Source: Alphaproteobacteria bacterium (GTDB lineage Bacteria > Pseudomonadota > Alphaproteobacteria > Bin95). From it: a stretch of DNA of 64,000 nucleotides. The translations under genes were made by a program, and so were the position numbers. Positions 1 to 9,621 of the stretch are shown here, piece by piece. Location of the stretch: assembly GCA_022825195.1 (NCBI GenBank), contig JAJDYL010000180.1, positions 9,604 through 73,603 on the forward strand, in the 5' to 3' direction. The notes under the pieces were generated by a model. It was not told the DNA's origin. It ran no database searches and worked only from the letters and a program-made list of their open reading frames with translations. The stretch's first letter is position 1; each line of letters begins with the position of its first letter.

Positions 1-480
1 GAGCGCCCGCACCGTCGCTTCGTCGGCGAAGACGGCAAGCCACACCCATCCGCCCGCCAGAATGGCCTCGGGCGGTGCGCCGAGCGCCTCCGCCAGGCCC
101 GCGGGCTCCGCGAGCGGCTCCGGCGGATTGGCCGGGAAATCCATGCTCAATACGGGACCGTTGCGATAGACGGCGAGCCGCCCGCTCCGCGTCTCGAACT
201 CGACCTTCCGCGCCTCGCCTCCCAGCCTCTCGAACACGACATGGGCGGATGCCAGCGTCGCATGGCCGCAGAGGTCGACCTCGACCTTCGGCGTGAACCA
301 GCGCAGCCGCCAATGCGCGCCCTCAGGGACGAGGAAGGCCGTCTCGGAAAGATTGTTCTCCTGCGCAATGGCCTGCAGCAGCGAATCCCCGGGCCACTCC
401 TCCAGCAGGCAGACGGCGGCCGGGTTTCCGGCGAACGCCCGGTCCGCAAAGGCGTCCACCTGGTAGAGCGGTATTCTCAT
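1..480 (-). CDS. PhzF-family isomerase-like protein (N-terminal part only; the rest lies beyond base 1)
   Basis: Absent from the ORF track because it is open at the window edge. My own translation from the ATG at 480..478 (minus strand) gives MRIPLYQVDAFADRAFAGNPAAVCLLEEWPGDSLLQAIAQENNLSETAFLV...WRLRWFTPKVEVDLCGHATLASAHV. This matches the PhzF/YddE N-terminal signature as I remember it. Confidence 0.7.
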   Translation of the reverse strand, partial: MRIPLYQVDAFADRAFAGNPAAVCLLEEWPGDSLLQAIAQENNLSETAFLVPEGAHWRLRWFTPKVEVDLCGHATLASAHVVFERLGGEARKVEFETRSGRLAVYRNGPVLSMDFPANPPEPLAEPAGLAEALGAPPEAILAGGWVWLAVFADEATVRAL

Positions 481-522
481 GGGGCCGCGACCATAGCAGC
501 GGCACGCCGAAAATCCAGCCGG

Positions 523-1311
523 CTACGACCCTGCGAAGTTCACCCGGATGCGCCCGAGCGGGCCGAAATCGGAGATCGCCAGCGTGTCCGGTCCCGGCAC
601 CGGCAGCACGCCCGTGCAGGAGCCGGTCGTCACGAACTGGCCCGCCATCATCCCGAGGCCGAGGCCGGAGAGATGGTTTGCGAGCCAGCGCACCGCCTCG
701 ACCGGATGGCCCATCATCGCCCGGCCCGTGCCGCGCCCGGCTTCCACCCCGTTGAAGGTCAGGCTTACCTGCTGGTCCACGCAGTCGATGCCGCGCCAGT
801 CCTCGAACTCGTAGGCGACGATGTACCGCCCGGTGCCGCCATGGTCGGCGATGGTGCCGATCGGGCCGAGCGGCTGGTCGTCCGCCAGCCGGCGTTCCGG
901 AAGCTCTATGCCGGCGATCAGCGAGCCGATTGCCGCATCGACTTCCTCCCGGCTGTACGGCTGCGCTCTTGCCGGCAGGTCGGCGGAGAGCCGGAATCCG
1001 TATTCGCTCTCGTAGATCGGCCCCAACAGGTCTGCGAGCCGGTATTCGATCTCCGCCCCCTCATCCACCATGCCCTCGCAGATATGCCCGGCGAACGGCC
1101 CGGAGAGGCCCATCGCCTGCTGCGCGGCGGTTGCGGTCGCGCCGATCTTCCAGCCGACGACCTTCCGGTCCTCCATGGCGTGGAGCGCCTGCCAGACGGC
1201 CTTCGCCTCCTCTTCGTTCCGGGGGGCGCAGGCATCGGGAATTGCCGGCTCGCGCCGCCCGGCAAGGCGGGCCTCGCGAAGAAAGGCCGCAGCCGCTTCC
1301 GCTCTCGACAT
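523..1311 (-). CDS. 2-keto-4-pentenoate hydratase / MhpD-like hydratase (FAH fold)
   Basis: This is the C-terminal 262 aa of ORF 523..1626. The internal ATG at 1311 (MSRAEAAAAFLREARL...) overlaps the stop of the upstream gene by 1 nt. It has family-like segments VVGWKIGATATAAQ and FVTTGSCTG. The 105 codons upstream are Arg/Pro/Gly junk overlapping the neighbouring gene. Confidence 0.7.
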   Translation of the reverse strand: MSRAEAAAAFLREARLAGRREPAIPDACAPRNEEEAKAVWQALHAMEDRKVVGWKIGATATAAQQAMGLSGPFAGHICEGMVDEGAEIEYRLADLLGPIYESEYGFRLSADLPARAQPYSREEVDAAIGSLIAGIELPERRLADDQPLGPIGTIADHGGTGRYIVAYEFEDWRGIDCVDQQVSLTFNGVEAGRGTGRAMMGHPVEAVRWLANHLSGLGLGMMAGQFVTTGSCTGVLPVPGPDTLAISDFGPLGRIRVNFAGS

Positions 1312-3323
1312 CAATGCGCCTCCGCTTGCTTGCGCGCCTCGACGATATCCTCGGCGAGCTTTCCGGACAGTTCCTGAAGGTGGTCGAATTCCCAGTCGAA
1401 CGTGCCGACGCCGAGGGTGAGCGAGCGCAGCTCGATAATCATGTCGGACATTTCCGACTGCGGCAGGAAGGCCTCGACCCGATCCCATCCGGCCCAGCCC
1501 TCGCGGGCGTCGAAGCCCAGGATCTGGCCGCGGCGGCCCGCCAGCAGCCGCTGGATATTGGCCGTGTATTCGGACGGGATGTGCACCTGCACCTTGAGAA
1601 TCGGCTCCAGCAGGATCGGGCTGCAATTCGGCAGGCCCTCGCTCATGGCGAGCCGTCCGGCCGTCTTGAACGCCTGCTCGGAACTGTCCACCGGATGGTG
1701 CTTGCCGTCCTTGAGCGTCACCACGAGGTCCACGACCGGGAAGCCGAGCGGCCCGCGCACCAGAAACTCGCGCACGCCGGTTTCAACCGCCGGGATGAAC
1801 TGGCGCGGCACCGAGCCGCCGACCACCTTCTCCTCGAAGGCGAAGCCCTCGCCGCGCGGCAGCGGCGCGATGTCGACCACCACGTCGCCGAACTGCCCGT
1901 GGCCGCCCGACTGGCGCTTGAAGCGGGAGTGCTGCTGCGTCGCCTTGCGGATGGTTTCGCGGTACGGGGTTTGCGGGCGGTCCGTCTCGACGGCGATATG
2001 GTATTTGCTCTGCAGCCGCGCGACGCCGACCTGCAAATGCTGGTCGCCCTGGCCCCAGAGCAGCAATTGGTGCGTCTCCGGGTTGGACTCGATCCGGTAG
2101 GAGCAGTCTTCCTCGGCGAGGCGCTGCAGGGCGCCGGAAAGCTTCACCTCGTCGCTGCGCTTCTCGGCATGGAGCGCGATGGCGTAGATCGGGCTGAGCC
2201 GCACCGGCCAGGCCTCGGGCTTTTCCGCGCCTGCGGCGGTCAGCATCTGCCCCGTCTCGAAGGCGTCCAGCCGGCCGATGGCGACCACGTCGCCCGCCTC
2301 GGCAGCCGTCACCTTGGTCAGCGCGGCGCCGTGCATGCTGGCGAGGTTGCCGAGACGCTCGCCGCCCAGATTGTCGCCTTCCTTGAGCGTGCCGGAGAGC
2401 ACGCGGCCGAGATTCTGCTTGCCCTGGTGCTGCGCGTGGTAGGTCTTGAAAATCTGCACCGCCGTGCCGTCGCCGGCCTCGAACCGGGCAGCGGCCCGCG
2501 AAACGTCCGGCGTGTCGTGGCGAAGCGCCTTCAGGAGGCGGCGCACGCCGTGGTCGCGCTCCGCCGCGCCGAGCATTACCGGCACGACATGGCCGTCCGC
2601 CAGCGCGGCCTTGAAATAGGCGTAGATTTCGTCCCGCGCCGGGGTGGCTTCCTCCAGCAATGCCTCAAGCAGCGTGTCGTCGAAGTCCGCCAGCGCTTCC
2701 ATGAGCTCCTGGCGCGCAAGTTCCGTGTCGTCGCCGAGCGCTTCCGGCACCTTGATGAGGTCGGAGGCCGCACCTTCATTGTAGCTGTAGGCGCGCTCGC
2801 TGATGAGATCGACATAGCCCGCCACGACCTCGCCCTCGACCACCGGAATGTGGCGCACCACCACCGGTTTCCCGGAAACGCCCTGAAGCGCCTCCATCGT
2901 TTCCGCAAGGCCCTGGGTGACGGTGTCGATCTTGTTGATGAAGATGACGTGCGGGATGCTGCGCGAGTCCAGGAACCGCAGAATGGGCGCCAGCATGATG
3001 GCGCGCGCCGGGTCCGGCTCGCATACGACCACGGCGATATCGGCAACCGCGGCCCCGTGCATCGCCTCCTGCAGAAATTCGACCGAGCCGGGGCAGTCCA
3101 GCACCGTCCAGTCGTCGCCGAGATAGTTGAATCGCGCCGGCAGGATCTCCGTGCTCATGTTCCGGTCCCGCGATTCGGGCGAGGCGTCGCCGACCGTGGT
3201 GCCGTCCTTGACGTTGCCCTTGCGGTTCACCGCCCCGGCGGCGTGCAGCATCGCTTCCATCAGGCTGGTCTTGCCGCTGAGATAGGGACCCACAAGGGCC
3301 ACGCACCGCGCGTTCGTACTCAT
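1311..3323 (-). CDS. Elongation factor G-like GTPase (EF-G paralog)
   Basis: From ORF 1311..3374. The start is chosen at MSTNARCVALVGPYLSGKTSLMEAML (P-loop GxxxxGKT), preceded by GGGGAGGGATA before the ATG. The sequence continues DCPGSVEF and INKID (GTPase G3/G4), followed by EF-G domains II-V-like sequence. Confidence 0.8.
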   Translation of the reverse strand: MSTNARCVALVGPYLSGKTSLMEAMLHAAGAVNRKGNVKDGTTVGDASPESRDRNMSTEILPARFNYLGDDWTVLDCPGSVEFLQEAMHGAAVADIAVVVCEPDPARAIMLAPILRFLDSRSIPHVIFINKIDTVTQGLAETMEALQGVSGKPVVVRHIPVVEGEVVAGYVDLISERAYSYNEGAASDLIKVPEALGDDTELARQELMEALADFDDTLLEALLEEATPARDEIYAYFKAALADGHVVPVMLGAAERDHGVRRLLKALRHDTPDVSRAAARFEAGDGTAVQIFKTYHAQHQGKQNLGRVLSGTLKEGDNLGGERLGNLASMHGAALTKVTAAEAGDVVAIGRLDAFETGQMLTAAGAEKPEAWPVRLSPIYAIALHAEKRSDEVKLSGALQRLAEEDCSYRIESNPETHQLLLWGQGDQHLQVGVARLQSKYHIAVETDRPQTPYRETIRKATQQHSRFKRQSGGHGQFGDVVVDIAPLPRGEGFAFEEKVVGGSVPRQFIPAVETGVREFLVRGPLGFPVVDLVVTLKDGKHHPVDSSEQAFKTAGRLAMSEGLPNCSPILLEPILKVQVHIPSEYTANIQRLLAGRRGQILGFDAREGWAGWDRVEAFLPQSEMSDMIIELRSLTLGVGTFDWEFDHLQELSGKLAEDIVEARKQAEAH

Positions 3324-3970
3324 TATCCCTCCCCGTTTCCGGCCGTCCCGTCGGCCGGACCCCAATGTTTCCATGCGCCGCCGCGCTCGGCAACGAAAAA
3401 GGCGTTGCGGCGAACCCGGCCCGCCCCGCTACGGAGCCGCGCGGGTCCTGAAGAGTACATGCACGGCGAAGGCCCGGCGGTGTTTGACGGGAACGGCTTG
3501 AAATCCCTCGATCATGATTCTCGTTGCAGCAATCTCTTCCTGCACTTCCGGCGGAAATTTCGACAATAAGTCCTTGTTCGAGCAACTGCTCCTGGCGCGG
3601 CCGCCTGCTTCGGCCCGCCCATGCAACCAGATCGTCGGCGGTCTTCAGCAGGTCAAGCCACTGCATCCCTGACCATCTTCATGTCGGAACTTGAAACACA
3701 GGAAATCACCGGGAACGCCTGTGCCGGATCACGCTGGACGCCCGTTTCTCGTCGAACTGTTCTATCGTGCCTTCGAATTCGACATAGATGAGCAGGATAT
3801 GGCGTCGCGGCCGGCCCCGGGTCAGGCATGGCGGAATGGATCGCCGCTCGCTTGCGAACCTAACGGCGCCCGCGGAAAAGCCGCGGTGACGCCGCCGCTG
3901 CGCACGTTTCCTTGACTGCCTCCCGCCGGCGGGCAAGATGCGGCGCTCCGCAACGGAAGGAAGCGGCACC

Positions 3971-4657
3971 ATGACTTATGCGGTTCCGGCCCCGGCCCCG
4001 ACCGTCCTGCCGGTGAGAGGATCGGATGCGGTCTTTCCCGTAGGCCGGATATTCTGCGTCGGCCGCAACTACGCCGAGCATGCGCGCGAGATGGGCCACG
4101 ACCCGGACCGCGAACCGCCCTTCTTCTTCATGAAACCCGCAACCTCCATCGTGGCCGGCGGCGGCGATATGCCCTACCCGCCCGGCACGTCGGACCTGCA
4201 TCACGAGATGGAGCTGGTCGCCGCAATCGGGACCGGCGGGCGGGACATTGCGGAGGAGGACGCGCTCGGCCACGTCTTCGGCTACGCGGCCGGGCTCGAC
4301 ATGACGCGCCGCGACCTGCAAGGCGTCGCCAAGCAGCTCGGCCGGCCCTGGGAGGTCGGCAAGGCGTTCGACCACGCCGCGCCCTGCTCCCCCGTGGTCA
4401 TGGCGGACGAGATCGGCCATCCGGAGACCGGCGCGGTGCGCCTGCGAGTCAACGGTGAACTCAGGCAGGACGGCGACATCTCGCAGATGATCTGGAGCCT
4501 GCCGGAGGTGATCGCGCATCTCTCGGCGCTCTTCGAGCTGATGCCGGGCGACCTCATCATGACCGGCACCCCGGCAGGCGTCGCCGCCGTCTCCCCCGGC
4601 GACCGCCTCGAAGGCGAGGTCGAGGGCGTGGGGCGGATCGAGGTGAGAGTCGTTTAG
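3971..4657 (+). CDS. Fumarylacetoacetate hydrolase (FAH) family protein
   Basis: From ORF 3938..4657, using the internal ATG at 3971 (MTYAVPAP...) with GGAAGG upstream. Family-like segments are GRIFCVGRNYAEHAREMG, FFFMKP, HHEMELV and GDLIMTGTPAGV. Confidence 0.8.
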   Translation: MTYAVPAPAPTVLPVRGSDAVFPVGRIFCVGRNYAEHAREMGHDPDREPPFFFMKPATSIVAGGGDMPYPPGTSDLHHEMELVAAIGTGGRDIAEEDALGHVFGYAAGLDMTRRDLQGVAKQLGRPWEVGKAFDHAAPCSPVVMADEIGHPETGAVRLRVNGELRQDGDISQMIWSLPEVIAHLSALFELMPGDLIMTGTPAGVAAVSPGDRLEGEVEGVGRIEVRVV

Positions 4658-4683
4658 GCAGATGGCTGCGAAGAAACGGACCC

Positions 4684-5019
4684 GTGACCCTGACGGTGAC
4701 GCCGAGGAGCGAGCTCGCTGCGCGGATGAGGGAGGCGCTGGCGGGCCGGCGAACGGAACCCCGCATCGCCTCCGCGTCCGTCGACCTGCTCCACAGGGTA
4801 TGCGCGCCGAAGCGCCTGGCGATCCTGCGCGCCATGGCGGGCGCGGGGCCGCTGCCCGTGCGCGAGGTCGCGCGGCGGGTGGAACGCGATGTAAAGGCGG
4901 TCCACCGGGACATGGCTACGCTCGTCAGGGCCGGCCTCCTCGACCGCGGCAAGGGCGGCCGCATGAGCTTCCCCTATGACGGCGTCCGCATGGAAGTGGA
5001 CCTCACGCGCGCCGCCTGA
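4684..5019 (+). CDS. Small winged-helix/HTH DNA-binding protein (antitoxin-like putative regulator)
   Basis: A 111-aa ORF. The segment RLAILRAMAGAGPLPVREVARRVERDVKAVHRDMATLVRAGLL looks like a wHTH. The family assignment is from memory only. Confidence 0.5.
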   Translation: MTLTVTPRSELAARMREALAGRRTEPRIASASVDLLHRVCAPKRLAILRAMAGAGPLPVREVARRVERDVKAVHRDMATLVRAGLLDRGKGGRMSFPYDGVRMEVDLTRAA

Positions 5020-5195
5020 CGGGGCGGGATATGGGGGCTTCGGCCCGCGCGACAGGAGGGGGTTGCAAAGCTGCTCATCCGGGCTAACCTTGCGTCGGGT
5101 TCCGCGGTGCAGTTGCTGCAGCGGAGCCGGAACGGCGCGAATGAGAGCCCGCTGGCCTGGCGTCGTTCGTCACCGCCTCTAGCCACAGAGAGCAA

Positions 5196-5723
5196 ATGAA
5201 GCAAAACCTGCCACCGCGCCGCTCACGCGGCCGCAGCAATATGCGAAGCGGGCGTGCGCCCGCCCACCGTAACCAGGCCCTCGAAAGCAACGGACCGGAA
5301 GGACGGGTGCGGGGCACCGCGCAGCAGATCCTCGACCGCTATCTGGCGATGGCGCGCGATGCGCAATCCGGCGGCGACTCGGTGCTGGCGGAAAACCTGT
5401 TCCAGCATGCCGAGCACTATCAGCGCCTCGTAGCCCAGTTCGCGCCTTCGCAGACGCAACAGGCGCAGCAGTCGCAGCCGGCATCGCCCGATACCCCGCG
5501 AAGCAACGACGCCGTTGCGGAGGTCGATTCCGAGGCGCGGCCCGACCGGGACGGCGCCGACCGGCCTTCAGGGGCGGAAGCAGGCGAGCAGGGCAGCGTT
5601 CGCCCGCGCCGCCGCCGCCGCCAGCGCAACTCTGCGGTCGATGAAGGCTCCGCCGACAATGGCGAGGCCGCCCCAGCCGCGGAGACCGTTTCGCCGGAGG
5701 AAGCACCGGCAGGCGCCGCCTGA
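5196..5723 (+). CDS. DUF4167 domain protein
   Basis: The segment ESNGPEGRVRGTAQQILDRYLAMARDAQSGGDSVLAENLFQHAEHY matches the DUF4167 core as I remember it. The C-terminal tail is low complexity. Confidence 0.7.
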   Translation: MKQNLPPRRSRGRSNMRSGRAPAHRNQALESNGPEGRVRGTAQQILDRYLAMARDAQSGGDSVLAENLFQHAEHYQRLVAQFAPSQTQQAQQSQPASPDTPRSNDAVAEVDSEARPDRDGADRPSGAEAGEQGSVRPRRRRRQRNSAVDEGSADNGEAAPAAETVSPEEAPAGAA

Positions 5724-5789
5724 CTTCCGGGTTCGCCGCGGCAGGCCGCACCGTCTTGCGCCCGGCGCCGAGGATTCCCATATCCGTCT

Positions 5790-5830
5790 TCAAGCGGGAG
5801 CGGTGCGTAGGATACGGCTCTCCCGCTTGA
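5790..5830. repeat. 11-bp inverted repeat (tcaagcgggag / ctcccgcttga) with a 19-nt spacer, 29 bp upstream of the clpB ATG
   Basis: Read directly from the sequence: 5790..5800 is the reverse complement of 5820..5830. Confidence 0.8.
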
Positions 5831-5858
5831 CGCTCGCGTCTGGAGACGGAGACGGGAT

Positions 5859-8441
5859 ATGGATTTCGAGACTTACACCGAACGCGCGCGCGGGTTCATC
5901 CAGGCGGCGCAAAGCATGGCGCTCGCCGCCGGGCACCAGCGTTTCGTTCCCGAACACATCCTCAAGGTCATGCTCGACGACCCGGACGGCATGGCAACCG
6001 GGCTGATCGAGCGCGCGGGGGGCGACCCGGCCAGGGCGCGAGCGGCGACCGAGGCGGCACTCGGCGAATTGCCGGTCGTCACCGGCTCCGGAGCAAGCGG
6101 CCTGCACTTGGCGCCCGAGACCGCGCGCCTTTTCGAAACTGCCCGCAAGGCAGCACAAAAGGCCGGCGACAGCTTCGTCACCGTGGAGCGCCTGCTCCAG
6201 GCGATGGCGATGGGACGCGGCCCGCTGGGCAAAGCGGGCGTGGACGCCAGGGGGCTGGAGCGGGCGATCTCGGAGCTTCGCAAGGGACGTACCGCCGACA
6301 GCGCCAATGCGGAGTCCGGGTTCGATGCGCTCGCCAAATACGCTCAGGATCTGACCGAGGCGGCTCGCGACGGCAAGCTGGATCCCGTGATCGGGCGCGA
6401 CGAGGAAATCCGGCGCGCAATCCAGGTCCTCTCCCGGCGCACCAAGAACAATCCGGTGCTGATCGGCGAGCCGGGAGTCGGCAAGACGGCCATCGCCGAG
6501 GGCCTGGCGCAGCGGATCGTCAATGGCGACACGCCCGAAGGACTGCGGGACAAGCAACTGATCGCACTCGACCTCGGCGCCATGATCGCCGGCGCAAAAT
6601 ATCGCGGCGAGTTCGAGGAACGGCTGAAGGCCGTGCTGGCCGAAATCAAGGCGGCGGAAGGCGAGATCGTCGTCTTTATCGACGAACTGCACACGCTTGT
6701 CGGAGCCGGCAAGGCCGATGGCGCCATGGATGCCTCCAACATGCTCAAGCCGGCGCTCTCGCGCGGGGAATTGCATTGCATCGGCGCAACCACGCTCGAC
6801 GAATACCGCCAGCATATCGAGAAGGACGCAGCACTGGCGCGGCGCTTCCAGCCGGTCTTTATCGGCGAGCCCAACGTGGAGGACACGATCTCGATTCTCC
6901 GCGGCCTCAAGGAGAAATACGAGGTCCATCACGGCGTTCGCATCACGGACGGCGCGCTGGTGGCGGCGGCGACGCTCTCCAACCGCTACATCACCGACCG
7001 TTTCCTGCCGGACAAGGCCATCGACCTTGTGGACGAAGCGGCGAGCCGGCTCCGCATGCAGATCGACTCCAAGCCCGAAGCCATCGACGAGCTCGACCGC
7101 CGGATCATCCAGCTCAAGATCGAGCGGGAAGCCCTGAAAAAGGAGACCGACGATGCCTCGCGCGGACGTCTCGACAGGCTGGAACGGGAACTGGCCGATC
7201 TGGAGGAACGCTCGGACAGGCTCACCCTGCAATGGCGCCGGGAGAAAGAGGCCATCGACGGCGCCAAGGGGCTGAAGGAGGAGCTGGAGCGCGCCCGGCT
7301 GGAACTCGAGGCGACCCAGAGGCGCGGCGAACTGGAACGCGCCAGCGAACTGCGTTTCGCCGTCATCCCGGACCTTGAGAGGCAAATCGCGCAGACGGAC
7401 GGCGAGCGCGAAGGACGCCTGCTGGACGAGGAGGTCAGCGGCGAGCATGTCGCAGGCGTGGTCTCGCGCTGGACCGGCGTGCCCGTCGCCAGAATGCTCG
7501 AGGGCGAGCGCGAAAAACTCCTGCAGATGGAAGAGCGCCTTCACGCCCGCATCGTCGGCCAGGACAAGGCCGTCGGGGCGGTCTCCGAAGCGGTGCGCCG
7601 CGCGCGGGCCGGCCTGCACGACCCGAGCCGGCCCGTGGGCTCGTTCCTTTTCCTGGGGCCGACCGGCGTCGGAAAGACGGAGCTTTGCAAGGCGCTCGCG
7701 GAGTTCCTGTTCGACGACGACACGGCGATGTTGCGGCTCGACATGTCGGAATATATGGAGAAGCATGCCGTCTCCCGCCTGCTGGGCGCCCCGCCCGGCT
7801 ATATCGGCTACGAGGAAGGCGGCGCGCTGACCGAATCGGTCCGCCGGCGCCCCTACCAGGTCGTGCTGTTCGACGAGGTGGAGAAGGCGCATCCGGACAT
7901 CTTCAACGTGCTGCTCCAGATGCTCGACGACGGGCGCCTGACCGACGGGCACGGCCGGACGGTGGACTTCCGCAACACGATCCTCGTCATGACCTCCAAT
8001 CTCGGCAGCGAGGTGTTTGCGGAGGCTGGCGAATCCACAATGCACGGGCCGCTCGTGGACCGGGTGATGGCTGTCGTTCGCGGGCATTTCCGGCCCGAGT
8101 TCCTGAACCGGCTCGACGAGATGATCGTCTTCCACCGCCTCGAACGCGCGCATATGGCCGGCATCGTCGCAATCCGGCTCGAAGAGCTGCGCAAGCTGCT
8201 GGCCGGCCGCGACATCGACCTCGACCTCGACCCGGCGGCAGTCGAATGGCTGGCGGATACGGGCTTCGACCCCGTCTATGGCGCACGCCCGCTGAAGCGC
8301 GTGATCCAGACCCACCTCCAGAACGTCCTCGCCACGCGGATTCTGGAAGGCGAAGTACAGGACGGCGACTGCGTGGAGGTCGGCGTCGAAGGCGGCGGGC
8401 TGGTAATCCGGGCCACGCGAGCGACGGCCGACGCGGCATGA
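5859..8441 (+). CDS. clpB: ATP-dependent chaperone ClpB
   Basis: An 860-aa ORF with two AAA+ modules ([10 protein letters not shown] and [10 protein letters not shown] Walker A motifs), a long middle coiled coil and a Clp N-domain at the start. Confidence 0.95.
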   Translation: MDFETYTERARGFIQAAQSMALAAGHQRFVPEHILKVMLDDPDGMATGLIERAGGDPARARAATEAALGELPVVTGSGASGLHLAPETARLFETARKAAQKAGDSFVTVERLLQAMAMGRGPLGKAGVDARGLERAISELRKGRTADSANAESGFDALAKYAQDLTEAARDGKLDPVIGRDEEIRRAIQVLSRRTKNNPVLIGEPGVGKTAIAEGLAQRIVNGDTPEGLRDKQLIALDLGAMIAGAKYRGEFEERLKAVLAEIKAAEGEIVVFIDELHTLVGAGKADGAMDASNMLKPALSRGELHCIGATTLDEYRQHIEKDAALARRFQPVFIGEPNVEDTISILRGLKEKYEVHHGVRITDGALVAAATLSNRYITDRFLPDKAIDLVDEAASRLRMQIDSKPEAIDELDRRIIQLKIEREALKKETDDASRGRLDRLERELADLEERSDRLTLQWRREKEAIDGAKGLKEELERARLELEATQRRGELERASELRFAVIPDLERQIAQTDGEREGRLLDEEVSGEHVAGVVSRWTGVPVARMLEGEREKLLQMEERLHARIVGQDKAVGAVSEAVRRARAGLHDPSRPVGSFLFLGPTGVGKTELCKALAEFLFDDDTAMLRLDMSEYMEKHAVSRLLGAPPGYIGYEEGGALTESVRRRPYQVVLFDEVEKAHPDIFNVLLQMLDDGRLTDGHGRTVDFRNTILVMTSNLGSEVFAEAGESTMHGPLVDRVMAVVRGHFRPEFLNRLDEMIVFHRLERAHMAGIVAIRLEELRKLLAGRDIDLDLDPAAVEWLADTGFDPVYGARPLKRVIQTHLQNVLATRILEGEVQDGDCVEVGVEGGGLVIRATRATADAA

Positions 8442-8746
8442 CAGGGCTGCGGAAATCCGGAACAGAACCGCCGGTCGGCCCCGGCAATGTCGATTCGCAG
8501 AGATTGCACATCGACGAAGATGGTCGACTCGTCATCCCTGCCGACATGCGGGCGGCGATGCTGGTCGACAAGACCGGCCTCCTGACCGCCCGCGTGGTCG
8601 ACGGGGAACTGCGGGTACTCGCGCCGAAGGCGGCCGTCGCCCATTTGCAGCAGATGGTACGCGAGGCGGCGCCCGAAGGCGTCTCTATGGCCGATGAGCT
8701 GATTGCCGAACGTCGTGCGGAAGAGCGCCGCGAGACCGACGGGTAA
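8438..8746 (+). CDS. AbrB/MazE/SpoVT-type DNA-binding protein (antitoxin-like, no adjacent toxin)
   Basis: The ATG at 8438 overlaps the clpB TGA (ATGA). The segment [39 protein letters not shown] resembles a swapped-hairpin SpoVT/AbrB domain. The true start could be further downstream. Confidence 0.5.
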   Translation: MTGLRKSGTEPPVGPGNVDSQRLHIDEDGRLVIPADMRAAMLVDKTGLLTARVVDGELRVLAPKAAVAHLQQMVREAAPEGVSMADELIAERRAEERRETDG

Positions 8747-8813
8747 CGGGCCTTCCAAGGCAGTAGCGTTTCGGATTGGTACGCATGTCCGAACCGATCC
8801 GAAACGCTCCGCT

Positions 8814-9590
8814 CTACTCCCCCCGGAACTGCGGGCGGCGTTTTTCGGTGAAGGAGGCGACGCCCTCGGCGAAGTCGGCGCTCATCCGCAGCCGGCCGTA
8901 GGCCTGGCCCTCGATCTCCATCGCCTGTTCGAGCGGCGCGTTCTCGCCCGCATTGAACACCTGCTTCAGCGTGCGCTGGGCGAGCGGGGAGAAGCGGCGC
9001 AGCTCCTTCACAAGCGCATCGGTCGCCGCTTCGAGTTCGGCATCCTCGACAAGCTCGCAGGCGAGGCCCCAGTCGAAAGCTTCCTGCCCGGTGATCCTGC
9101 GCGCGCGCATCGCCACGTTCTTGGCCCGCGAAATGCCGATCATGCGCTGCAACCGGGCCGAGCCGCCGGAGCCCGGAATCATGCCGAGATTGATCTCCGG
9201 CAGGGCGAGCCGGGCCGAGCCGGTCACGATGCGGAAGTCGCAGGCAAGCGCCAGCTCGAAGCCCACCCCCATGCAGAAGCCGCGAATGGCGGCGATCACA
9301 GGCTTCGAGCAGCGCTCGGCGGCGGCGATGTTCTTGTGAAGCTGCGAGACCGTCTCCGGGCTCGCTTCCATGAAGCCCGGAATGTCGCCGCCGCTGGTGA
9401 AATGCTCGCCCGCGCCACGGACGACGACGACGCGCACGGCGGGGTCGCGGTCAAACGCTTCGAAAGCCGCGCGCAGAAGCGGGCGCTGCGCCATCCGCAC
9501 GACATTGAACGGCGGCCGGTCGAGCACGATGTCGGCGCGTTCGTTCGCCGGATCGAGTTCGATGCGGAACCCGTCGGTCTCTGGTTTCAT
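8814..9590 (-). CDS. Enoyl-CoA hydratase/isomerase (crotonase) family protein
   Basis: A 258-aa ORF. Crotonase-like segments are VVVVRGAGEHFTSGGDI and KPVIAAIRGFCMGVGFELALACDFRI. Confidence 0.85.
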   Translation of the reverse strand: MKPETDGFRIELDPANERADIVLDRPPFNVVRMAQRPLLRAAFEAFDRDPAVRVVVVRGAGEHFTSGGDIPGFMEASPETVSQLHKNIAAAERCSKPVIAAIRGFCMGVGFELALACDFRIVTGSARLALPEINLGMIPGSGGSARLQRMIGISRAKNVAMRARRITGQEAFDWGLACELVEDAELEAATDALVKELRRFSPLAQRTLKQVFNAGENAPLEQAMEIEGQAYGRLRMSADFAEGVASFTEKRRPQFRGE

Positions 9591-9621
9591 GGCCGGTCGC
9601 CGTCCCTTGTCTTCGATGTCC

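Noticed and set aside
930-3569. Very long ORFs antisense to, or out of frame with, well-supported genes. Examples: 930..3569(+), 5790..8315(-), 9370..11391(+), 11331..13547(+), 13861..16098(+), 25778..29005(-), 35934..38162(+), 41602..43875(-), 52157..55249(-) and 55352..57793(-).
   Set aside because: These are typical shadow ORFs of high-GC DNA. Their translations are Arg/Pro/Gly/Ala-rich and low complexity with no motifs. Each lies opposite or overlapping a gene with strong family signatures (EF-G, ClpB, HyuA/B, AddA, RpsA, relaxase).
3324-3970. A 650-bp gap between the EF-G-like and FAH genes. GC is somewhat lower, and short minus-strand ORFs are present (3429..3626, 3706..3972, and the start of 2776..3666).
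   Set aside because: I translated all minus frames. Only short fragments appear (for example ...ILLIYVEFEGTIEQFDEKRAS... and ...KFPPEVQEEIAATRIMIEGFQAVPVKH...), with no start or SD and no family I recognise. They may be gene remnants or a leader region, but I cannot support a call.
5780-5858. A sigma-32 (RpoH) heat-shock promoter for clpB.
   Set aside because: CTTGA-like hexamers occur at about 5788 and 5825. However, no properly spaced CCCCATNT / CYTATNT -10 element is present. One candidate would leave essentially no 5' UTR.
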